Shown here: piece after piece, positions 1-10,199 of the stretch
How the letters are laid out: each line of letters begins with the position of its first letter
Position numbering within the stretch: the first letter of the stretch is position 1
DNA from: Mobula hypostoma
Lineage: Eukaryota
Length of the DNA stretch: 64,000 nucleotides
Direction: 5' to 3'
NCBI RefSeq assembly: GCF_963921235.1
Contig: NC_086101.1
Location: 27,094,001 to 27,158,000, forward strand
Made by a program: the position numbers and the translations under genes
The notes under the pieces: generated by a model
Told to the model about the DNA's origin: nothing
Databases searched by the model: none
Seen by the model: the letters and a program-made list of their open reading frames with translations, nothing else

Positions 1-300
1 ACATCCATCCTTTCGCCTTCCGTGCCCAATCGATAACTTAGGGTTACAAGAGCTTCCACTATCAGGCAAACCTGACTTGCCTATCCCAGACGGCGCGTCG
101 GTCAGCTTCTCCTCTTCGGCTTTGCTTACAAAAGTTGTCCCCAGTCCAATATCTTGGTCATGACCAGAGCACGAACTCGCGCTGTCATCAGCAGGTCTCG
201 TGTGACGTCTCCTGGAGCCCCGCTACAGTCCCCATCCGTGGCCAACAGAGGGCGCTTCGCCGCCGGAAGTGAAATCCCAAGCACTTGAAGTCGCTGAGTT
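1..300 (-). promoter_or_regulatory. CpG-rich promoter / 5' end of an unidentified gene running off the left edge
   Basis: CpG-rich stretch with an ETS/GABP motif CCGGAAGT at 263-270. The minus strand reads ACTTCCGGCGGCG, typical of housekeeping start sites. One minus frame is open from about 222 to the window edge but has no in-frame ATG, so the product is not identifiable. Confidence 0.5.
242..256 (+). promoter_or_regulatory. CTCF-like motif
   Basis: CCAACAGAGGGCGCT versus the CTCF core CCASYAGRKGGCRS (one mismatch). Confidence 0.55.
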
Positions 301-404
301 GGCACCTTAAGGTTCTGCTTTACTCAGACAATAACCCCTTCCTCGCTGTCCATTCAAAAGAGCAAATGCATCAAGATTTCAGTATTTTATGTGAACTTCC
401 TCCA

Positions 405-895
405 CGTCCTGGTCAGCCACATAGACGCCATGACCAAGAAGGTGCACCAACGCCTCTATTTCCTTAGAATGCTAACGGAATTGAGCATGTCTCCACTGAC
501 TCCCACCTCATAGAAATTATCCTAGCCGAATGCATCGGGGTTTGGTATGGCAACTGATCTGTCCAAGACAGCAGAAAATAGCAGGGAGTCTCAGTCTATC
601 ACGGAAACCAGCCTCCCCACGTGTGGCTTGTCTGCATTTCCGCCGCCTCGGTAAAGCAGCCAACATGATCAAAGATCCACCCATATTCTCTGTCCCCTCC
701 CTTTCCAATGAGGAAAAAGCTGAAAACACACACCACCGGGCTGAAAGGCAACTTCTATCCCACTGGTATAAGGCTTTTAACTCCTGTATGCTGAAAATGA
801 ACCCTTGACCTCACGGCCGTTGTAACTTTTTGTCTACCTGCATTGCATTTACTTTGTAATTGTAACACTTTATTCTGAGTTCTGTTCTTGTTTTA
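405..895 (+). mobile_element. Decayed Rex1/L2-type LINE 3' fragment
   Basis: 'aagaaggtgcaccaacgcctctatttccttaga' and the downstream 3' UTR resemble the better preserved minus-strand copy at 33690-34665. Confidence 0.6.
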
Positions 896-896
896 C

Positions 897-1300
897 CTCA
901 AAGTTGGGTGGCGGGGTAGAGGTACGTCTCTACCAAAGGCGCTTCTTCCCTCTGCTGACCTGCATGTCACCCTTGAGCAAGTTGTAACACCCGCTTAGCA
1001 CCACCCTACCACCCCACCAGGATCACGCCAAGCCACGGGAGCAGCTGGTGGATGGCCGTATGAGTTGCCGGTGCATATCACAAGACTTGGTTATGCCACC
1101 TTCGACGCCAGGCAGATAATCTCTGAAGCCTATTGATAATGGCTGGGGTCACTCGTCTTGTAAAGATACTGCCCAGAAGAAGGCAAAGGGAAATCACTTC
1201 TGTAGAAAAAAAAATTGTCAAGAACAATTATGGTCCTGGGAAGAACATGATCTCCACGTCGTACGATGCGGCATATAACGAACGAACGAGCGTACCTCGA
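897..1300 (+). mobile_element. RTE-related non-autonomous repeat
   Basis: Recurs at about 7545-7910 and 52180-52500. Carries a 'gaaggcaatggcaaaccacttct'-type motif resembling RTE/BovB-derived 5' segments. Confidence 0.55.
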
Positions 1301-1404
1301 AATAGGAACGTTCGGACGGCACGTACATCTATGATTCAATGTTTCCCAGTTTAAGTGACAATAATAATCAATAATTGTAATCTATCACACATTTCTCCAA
1401 TAGC

Positions 1405-1900
1405 CTAAATTGTGAAGGTCCTCCATTGGTCGGAACGACCATGAATACTGCGTCCTAGCGTCTGCAAGACATCAGGCCAGGGCAGAATGATATGGAGGGC
1501 AACCTGTTGCCCATGCAGCTGGTTCCCCCTCTCCACGCAACTGGTGAATCTAAAGGAACTGCAAGGACCGATTCAGTCTGGCACCAGCGGCCTCGCAGGA
1601 GTTCCCAGTCACCGTTAAACTCAACCTTAGCCAGGAGTTCCCAGTCACCGTTAAACTCAACCTTAGGAACTCCAGTTCCGGATTTTCCCTCAGGATTTAC
1701 TCCCGAAGCCTTCACCACGAGCGGTTATAGCTGCCAGTAACGAAGTTCCGAAATCAGTTTTTCTTCGCCTAGGTGAGCTACCAGCTACGGCTGACGAGCT
1801 CCGTCTGCGTGAAGCGACTGGTTTTCAGGCGCCAGTAACCCGCCTTTGCTTCCTATTCTTCTGTCAGTAGAAACGGTTCTGCCGGGCTGAGTAACTAAAC
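1405..1900 (+). mobile_element. RTE-like repeat with an internal 36-bp tandem duplication (1596-1666)
   Basis: caggagttcccagtcaccgttaaactcaaccttag occurs twice with period 36. Related sequence lies at about 15900-16500 and 60100-60590. Confidence 0.45.
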
Positions 1901-4649
1901 CACGTGTGAAGGCAAGGAGCTGGATTGGGTTGTCAAGAGGCTGTTTGACGCGCACGCCATTGGGAGCAGTGAATTGGTACTGGGAGCCTATCCCCACAAC
2001 ATCCCCCGACAGCCTTAGCGAACCAAGCCTTAAAGAATCTTCACGATTAAAGATCAAATCTGGATATATGCAGACTCCTGCTGTTTAGAACCAAGAATCA
2101 GTATCTCAGCATATGGGGTTAGACATTAAACACGGTGATGAGGCAAAACAGGTGGTGGTGGTGGTGGTCTGAATCCAGTATTCTTTACCGCAAAAGGCTG
2201 ATGAGGACAATTGGCTCAAGATATTTAAGAAAGAGACAGACAGATGTTTGGAAACGGTGGGAACAGAGAGATAGAGCTGAACCGTAGTTGTATTGAGTGA
2301 CATAGCAAGGTTCAAAGGAACAAATATTCTAAATCTTCCAGATTTAATTTCAGAAGAATTCCCTGTTACTCTTCTATCACAGAGGGCAAAAGAAAAATTT
2401 TAACTTTACAAAAATCCTGACTGAAATTTGCACAGGGAACTAACAAGAGGGAACTAACAAGACAGGGACTCGCAGGAGTCCATATAAAAGCGCACAGAAT
2501 CATGAAATCATTCCACAGATCAGAAAGTATCCTGCAGAGAGAGAAATTGGATTAATATTTCAATTCGGAGTCCCTTATGGAGGCTGGGCAATGACTTTAT
2601 GAGGTTTATAAAATTATGAGGGCCATAGTCCTGTTCCCAGGGTAGGGAGGAAACGTAAACTCAGACCATGAGAGGCCTGCGACGGGCATTTTCATGCCTT
2701 ACAAGGCGCAGATTGGAAGTCTATGGGGGGCGCCAGTCCTCCTTGCACAGACACTAGAACAATGTGTGGTTAAGTGCCTTGCTCAAGGACAAAAACACGC
2801 TGCCACAGCTTGGGCTGGAACTAGCGACCTTGAGATCATTAGACGAACGCCTTAACCACTTGGCCACGTGCCCAAGTTAGGGAACACCCAGGGTAGAGAA
2901 GACTAAAATTAGGGACGTTAGGTTTAAGGTGAGAGAGGAAAGATTTAAAAGGTACCCGAGGGGCAACTTTTTCCACATAGAGGGTAAAGGGCATATGGAA
3001 CAAGCTGCAAGATGAAATCATACAACTTTTCCTGCTTACCAAACATTTGGACAGGTGAATGGATAGGAACGGTTTAGGCGAATATGGAGGAAATGGGAGT
3101 AGCTCATGTAGTTAGCTTGGTTGGAAAGGATGAATTGGACTACAGGGCCTCTTTCTGTGCTGTATAACTCAATGAGGCTATCACTGCATTGAAATTCTTA
3201 AAAGCAGTATTTTGGTTATAGATTCCTTATGTCACTCGGAACTTGTTCAATTTATAATTAATTCCAGTTCATTCTTCCATTGGGAATGTATATTTCTCTT
3301 GAAATGCAGATGCTGAAAATCTGAGATAAAATGATGCTAAGTTGTATTTTTCTGCCTTCTACAGACATACCCTGACCTGTTATGTTGTTTTTTTTAGCAT
3401 CCCTAGTTTTTATGTCTTTTCTTGATTTTATAAGGCTTTCGGAGAACGCTGTATATTTCAAAAAGTCGTTCATGAAATGTTGACGGGGATATGACGAAAT
3501 TGCAGAACAGAAATATGTGGGGACCTATCTCAAGGTTGTATGGTACTGTTTGTCCAAGGGCATTGGGTTATTTATAGAACATACTGGAAAGGGAATAAAA
3601 GCCTGGATCTTATGGCAATTTCTCAACCTTTTGAATATTGGAATATCTTCAGCGGTGAATTGTATTAGTGCACTGCCCAAAGGAAGCTCGCTGCCAGTTA
3701 ACGAAAGATTAGCTTTATTTGTCACATGTATATCGAAACGTGAAATCATATAGTGAAGTGCATCTTTTGCGTCAAATCAAATCAGCGAAAGTTTTGCCGG
3801 CAGCAACCTTTAAGTATCGGTAGGCGCCCGGCGTCATTATCGCATGCCCACTATTTATTAGCCCTCATCCGAACATCTTTGGAATGTAGGAGGAAACAGG
3901 AGCACCCGGAGGAAACCCACGCAGTCTCAGGGAGAAAGTACAGACTCCTTACACACAGCGCTGGGAGTCGAACCCCGCTCAGTCATCACTGGAGCTGTTA
4001 AACGACTGAGCTATCCGCTACGCTAGCGTGCTGCCCCAATTGTTGCTGGGGTTGTGCTCAGCAAGGTCCTGCACACAGCAACATCAAAGTCGCCAGATTC
4101 CTTTTGCAACGCAACATATCCCTGAACATGTTTGGTGAATAAAGTTCTAAATATTGCAGAATATTGGCTTAGCTAGGCTCCGGGAATGTAGTTTCCCTGA
4201 TCTCTTAAAGAGTGACATGAGGATTTTTGAAGAGTTGAATGGGGCCTCAATTTAGTAACTCACCAATGAGGAAATTGAGGTGGAAAATGAAACTACATGG
4301 ATTGCTCTTACCTCCCTGCCTCTGGAAAGAAACTAACATGGTTCTTTCTTCACATCCTTTCCATGGGCCAGAAGGTTGGCAACACGCGCCGCAGGCTCAA
4401 GGCGATCTTCAGGGGGTGACGAGGATAGGATTTCAGTACAGGTGAACAGAAAGAACCCACTGACAGCCCCCAGCCTGAAGATCGGGGAAGGGCGGGTTTG
4501 GTAGAGAGGGGTAGGCAGAGGGTCTCTTGACAATGGTGTCTCTTCCCAGCAGTTCCGGCATTTTGCGATTAACCTATCGGAGCACGTCACCATCGCCCAG
4601 CCCTCATTGCCTTTGGCAACTCAGTTCTGAGACGTTTACGTAATTCACT

Positions 4650-4960
4650 ACAGGTGGGTGAGTGGGGGCAATTAGTGCTATGCGAGTTCGATCCCGGCCT
4701 CTGGTGTGTGTACGGAGTTTGTGTACGTTCTCCCCGTAACCCATGAGTTTCCCCGGGTGCTCCGCTTTCCTCCCACATCCCAAATACTTGCGGTCGGTGA
4801 GTCAATTGCCCCCGTGTGTGGGTGAGTGGTAGAATCTGTGAGGAGTATATGGGAATGTGGAGAGAATAAACTGAGATCGGTGTAATCTGGTGGTTGATGG
4901 TCGGCATGGACTCAATGGGTCGAAGGGCCTGTCCCCGTGCTGTATCTCCCCATCGCTCTC
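4650..4960 (+). mobile_element. tRNA-derived SINE (V-SINE/HE1-like)
   Basis: B-box-like gagttcgatccc, central 'gggtgctccgctttcctcccaca', and a LINE-like tail 'gggtcgaagggcctgt'. Other copies at about 3830-4040, 9060-9290, 19600-19850, 30170-30620 and 55695-56100. Confidence 0.65.
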
Positions 4961-5640
4961 TGATAGAATTCTGCCGGTGGAGTGAATTGGGTCATCAGGG
5001 AAATTGTCGTGCCTGACTTGAAGAATAACCCCTAATCTAACAGCTATTAGAGGAGCTTTAGGCAGAATATATAAATGTCCTGCTCCTCCGATCAGACCCT
5101 GTACCCCGGTAAAACATCCTTGTAAGGCTGAGAGAAGATTTTGAGCGGCCAGAGAGACCTTTAGCCATGTGCCTGTCTGGTATCGGGCTCGTGGACGGCC
5201 CTCTCATATACAGTACTGAAAGATTGATCTCCCGATCTGCCTCGTCGTGGCTCTTGTCCTTTATTTGTCTGCCTGTACCGCATTTTCTCTGTAACTGTAA
5301 CAAGAATGCATATTCTGTATTCTGTTTTCTTTTTACTGCTTGGTTGTACTTACACATGGAACGATAAGTTTGCATAAAACGCAAATCGATGCTTCTCACC
5401 GTATCTCGGTACACGTGACAATAATAAATCAATGCCAATAAATAAAGGGAAATATAAAAAATGCCTTGAATACGTGCTGAATTAGTTAGTTAATTAATGT
5501 TCTCCATTATGTACATCCTCATGTGTATTTGCCCGTGTTAAAGTGACGGGGTATATCCTCACAACTAGTCGTAGTATCGCGTTGGCAATATTCTGCTCAG
5601 ATTTTTGATCCTCAGTCCTTGGACCTCGGAGCTGAACGTT

Positions 5641-5656
5641 GCGCCATCTGCCGGAC
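5641..5656 (-). promoter_or_regulatory. CTCF-like motif
   Basis: Reverse complement of 5641-5654 is CCGGCAGATGGCGC. Confidence 0.55.
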
Positions 5657-6179
5657 GCCGTGATTCTCAGAATTCGTCAAACAACTGGCTTTCATTCATT
5701 CTGTCATGGTTATTATTCTTTAGATTTGTCGAATAAGCTCGGAAGAAAATGAATCTCATGAGTGTATATGGATATAGATACTTCAATAATAAATTTACTT
5801 TGAACTTTGTTTCACACACACCTTTGCACATGGGTCACGTCCTCCCACTACTTGTCATTTTATTTTTTTCAGAAAATAAGAATCCAAAAGGATTTTTGTC
5901 CAATGGGGAAGCAATCCTTTCAGGAATGGTGCTTTAAACACGCTGGAGGAAGTCAGGGTGCCGAGCAGCATTTGCGGAGGAAGATGGGGTGGTGGTGAGT
6001 CCGGAGAACCGTGGGCAAAGAACTAGGAGGGAGAAGATTAAATGGACACTCCTTGCAAGAAGCCGGAATGAATATGGTGGCCTCCCGATTCTATCCTGAT
6101 TATATCGCCACTCTCCTTCATTTTATACCATCTCACCGCCCCCCGTCTCCGCTCTGAATTAACCATATTGTCTCTCCGC

Positions 6180-6415
6180 TCTCAGTCCTGATGCAGGGCT
6201 TCGACCCGAAACCTCGACCGTTCCTTCCCACATGCGGCGGTGTGAGGAACAGAATGAAATCCGGTAAATGGAATCAGCAGTCCTGCCGAAGGGTTTCGGC
6301 ACGAAACGTCATCTGTACTCTTTTCCGTAGACGCTGCCTGGCCTGTTGAGTTCCTCCAGCCTTTTGTGTGTGCTGCTCGGATTTCCAGCATCTGCAGGTC
6401 TTCTCTTGTTTTTAA
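6180..6415 (+). mobile_element. Two tandem Penelope pseudo-LTR remnants with degenerate hammerhead cores
   Basis: cctgatgcagggcttcgacccgaaac and cctgccgaagggtttcggcacgaaacgtc, followed by the 'gacgctgcctggcctgttgagttcctccagc' tail shared with the PLE termini. Confidence 0.65.
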
Positions 6416-6932
6416 ATGGAATTAATACAAGGTGCAGTTTTGACTGGGGCGGACAGGATGGGTCAAACGGCACGGCCCTCTACTGTGATTGGACAGGGCT
6501 CTCGTCCAAACAGAACAGGGCAGCCCTCAGCTCCAAGGTGAATAATGCTTCCGCTCTGAGAAAACTCCCAAAACGTTAACTGCGTCTCCATTTCCGCAGC
6601 CACTGCTCGACCTGCTGAGTGTTTCCAGCATTTTCCGATTTGTTTCAGATTTGCATCAACAGTTTTGACGTCTGCACCAGCTGTACTCCGCGCCTTCCTT
6701 GTTTGCCTCCGGCCTGCAAGATAACCCATCCCAATACCCTGCCCAATTAAAAAAGTGAGGTATCGCCAGATTCGACCGCAGCTGTTTCTACCTCCCGCCC
6801 TGTAACTGAGCGAATGGTAATCGAGAGCCTCCACTCCAGAATAATCTCTTTAATTACATTCTCGCCGTTACCGAGGACTGGGGCTGTGGTTTGCACGAAG
6901 CGATTCTGCCTGCCCGTATTAAACGCCCTCAG

Positions 6933-7061
6933 CCGCCAGCGTCCCCGTATACGGGTCTCGCCCAAACCGCCTGTTCCAGGTCTATTTCGAATTGCCTCAG
7001 GGAAATGTTCCTCGCCGATATGTTCTGGAGATGGACCATTTGCTACATTGCAACACAAGAG
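6933..7061 (+). other. Candidate upstream exon of the Ig receptor gene (coding status unclear)
   Basis: ctcag acceptor and strong AG|gtgagt donor. All three frames are open. The phase-1 frame could join ATGAAATCCG|gt (6254-6263) to the V exon, but the peptide is not a signal peptide. Confidence 0.35.
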
Positions 7062-7929
7062 GTGAGTTTAAAGTTTGAAAGAATATCAAAAAATAATTAC
7101 TGCATTTCAAAGGTAGGACTGTAGAGAGAGCCATCTGTGTACTTTGTAAATAACATACTATGGAGAACTTTGAGTACAACTATGGTTGACAGCGTGAAGA
7201 GTAGTCTATGTTAAGGATGAAACCTATGTTAAGGATTAATTTTATTTGACACGTGTCCATCGAAACATACAGTGAAATGCGTCGTTTGTGTCAACGATCA
7301 ACACAGTCCGACGATATGGTGGTCTCCATGCTTCCGGCGCCAACATAGGCGTCCACAGTTTACAACCCGTCCGTCTTTAGGCGGGAAGAAAGCCGCGAGG
7401 GGAGAACGTACAAACCCCTTACAAACAGCGGCCGGAATTGAAAGCGCTAGGTTAACTGTTGCACTACCCTGGCTAGTGAAAAGGACTGAGAAATGGCAAA
7501 TGAAGTTCAGTCCTGGTAAATATGAGCTTATGCTCATATGAGGTGGAGATAGATGTTTAGCAAAGCAGATGTAAGGCACACCTTCCCTCCAGTAGCCTGC
7601 AGGTTACCCTAGCGCCTGCTTGGCCATTACCTCCCACCCCCCACCCCGATCAGGGTCATGGGAGCAGGTGGTGGATGGACGTATAAGAAGCTGATGCATA
7701 TCGGTAGTCGAGGTTTTTCAACCTGTGACGCCAGGCAGACAATCTCTGAAAAGTATTGATCATGGCTGGAGTCACCCATCCTGTAACGATATTGCCCAGA
7801 TGAAGGCAATGGCAAACCACTTCTGTCAAAAACTTTGCCAAGAACAATCATCATCATGGACAAGACCATTATCGTCCACGTCTTACGACATGACACCTAA
7901 TGATGATGATGACTGGACCTAGAGTTTAC

Positions 7930-8620
7930 ACCACGAACAGTAAGGACATTGGGAATACTGAGCAATGGACGAACTTCAGTGTGCATGTCTAAAGGTCCTT
8001 GAAGATTGTTGCACAGGCAGATAACATAGTTGAAAAGGAATATGGGATGCTGAGCTTCATTTGATGGTGCATTGAATACAAGAGTAGGGAGTTTGTGCTC
8101 CAACCTTATAAAACGTTAGCAGACTTCATCTGGAGTATTGCATGCATTTCTGGTAACCACATTATGGGAAAGGTATGACAGCACTGGAGAGGGTGCAGAG
8201 CAGATTCACCAGATATTGCCTCGGATGGAGCATTTTTGTTATGAGGAGAGATTGAACAGGCCGGGCCTGTTCTCCTGGAGTGGCATAAGTCAGAAGGAGA
8301 ATTATTGAGGTACATTAAATGATAATAAATAGGGTAGACTGCAGGGCATGATACCACTTACGGGGGTACATTAGCCCTGTAAGTCATATAATGATTTATC
8401 ATTTGAGGTGTAACTTTCTCACTCAGAGTGCAGTGAATACCTGGAACACAGGGCTTGAGAGACTGGTGAAAGTAAAGACACTGACTTTACTGAAGAATTG
8501 TCCAGACTAGCACTTGAATTGTGCAGGCATGCTGGGAGATGGGATTAATATGGATTGGTGGCTACTGATCAGTGTGACATGGTGAGCTGACTGGTCTGTT
8601 TCTGCACTGTTTGATCCTAC
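7930..8620 (+). mobile_element. Decayed CR1 LINE RT/3' fragment
   Basis: Typical CR1 3' ORF2 text (cagataacatagttgaaaaggaatatgggatgctg...; agagcagattcaccag) with many stops. Confidence 0.7.
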
Positions 8621-8631
8621 GCACCAGCCAC

Positions 8632-8995
8632 ATTGAGGTACAGACTCTATTGTGCATGAGTGGTATGGTGGTACAGACTCTATTGTGCACCAATGGTGTA
8701 GTGGTACAGACTCTAATGTGCAACTATGGTATAGTGGTGCAGAGTCTATTGTGCAACTGTGGTATAGTGTTACAGACTCTATTGTGCACCAGTGGTATAG
8801 TGATACAGAGTCTATTGTGCAACTGTGGTATAGTGTTACAGACTCTATCATGCACAAGTGGTATAGTGGTACAGACTCTATCGTGCACGAGTGGTATAGT
8901 GGTACAGACTCTATCGTGCACGAGTGGTATAGTGGTACAGACTCTATCGTGCACGAGTGGTATAGTGGTACAGATTCTATTGTGCACTTGTCATA
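8632..8995. repeat. 33-bp minisatellite, about 11 units
   Basis: Unit approximately agtggtatagtggtacagactctatcgtgcacg. The 11-aa periodicity is visible in four overlapping ORFs. Confidence 0.9.
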
Positions 8996-9591
8996 CAATG
9001 GATAGAGCTGCTGCTTCAGACTCCCAGCACTGTCTCTGCATGTAGTTTGCACTATCTTTTCATGACCATATGATTCCCTCGGATGCTTCAGTTTCCTCCC
9101 ATAACCCAGAGATGTGCAGTTCGGTGGGCTAAATGGCCACTGTAAATTGTCCCTAGTGTGAGGGTGAGGGGAAGTATCCCTGGGGAGGTGGCGGTGGGAG
9201 GTGTTGAGGAGAATGCAGGGAGATTAAATGTGCGGTTGGTTGTCAGCACAAACTTGGTCGGCTGCAGGGCCTGTTTCTGTGCTGTGTGACTCTGTTGGGA
9301 CCATCATGGTTTCTGAAGGGTTGGACATCAGATACAGTAATTGGAGGCTTGTTCTAAATAATAAACAAGGTCAGGTCTGTGGAGGAGAACATCTGCTGGT
9401 GTACGTTGGTTGGGGGTGGTGGGGGATTAGTGTTGAGAGATGTAACAGAAGAAACATGGTCTAGTAACTGCAAAGCACAGCAGATAATTTTTGGCTTTGT
9501 TTTGCTCAATTCTCTATCCATAACGATTGCCATAAATGAACATGATGCAGAAGTTGTGGATTCTTAAAGCAGCATTTTCAATTCTGTGCAG

Positions 9592-9954
9592 GTTGTGAGA
9601 CATCGGCCAGTCTGAGAGTACACCAGGCTCAAATGACTGGAGTCGTCAATCAGTCCGTCCTCTTCCCCGTTTCCTATGTGGCTGGATGCCAACATTATGT
9701 TAAGATCTCCTGGAGATACGAAGCCTTCCGAACCTCATTCCTGATATGGAGCTCCCTGAACGTTTCCAGTAAGTACAGCTGGCACAACTTTACCTGGCAT
9801 TCCTACAGTCAACGCACAACTTTTTTCCCTGAAAACGCTTCCCTGATTCTCCACAATCTGCAGCACAATGACAGCGGCATCTATCAAATAAAGATCAAGG
9901 GGAATTCATGGTCAGACACTGGGCGAGTCAAGCTAACCGTACTTGGGGAAGCAG
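9592..9954 (+). CDS. Ig V-type domain exon (CEACAM N-domain/CD2/HEPACAM-like, lacking the B-F disulfide)
   Basis: tgtgcag acceptor, CAG|gtaatg donor, 363 nt, phase 1-1. Peptide has SVLFPV (B strand), KISW (C-strand Trp) and FPENASLILHNLQHNDSGIYQI (E/F strands, Gln in place of Cys), with 5 N-glycosylation sequons. Confidence 0.85.
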
Positions 9955-10199
9955 GTAATGTGTATCTGATGTACAAATGGTCCTATTTGGGACATAGTTC
10001 ATGCTGCTTCACAAAGGATGGTATCAGGTTGATGTAGCACCTTCCATAAGCCAATGAGCACTTCTGAAGTGTAGTCAGGAACCTCACATTGTCTGAGCTA
10101 CCCTGAGGTCCATCTCAATGGGCATCAATGAAGAACCTATTAGCTTCTTCAACCTGGAATACTGGATGCAATTCTGATCTGTGAAGTCACAGACACAAG

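Noticed and set aside
8507-9052. Four overlapping long ORFs, and the array as a possible CRISPR
   Set aside because: These are by-products of a 33-bp minisatellite. There are no unique spacers or cas genes, and the DNA is vertebrate.
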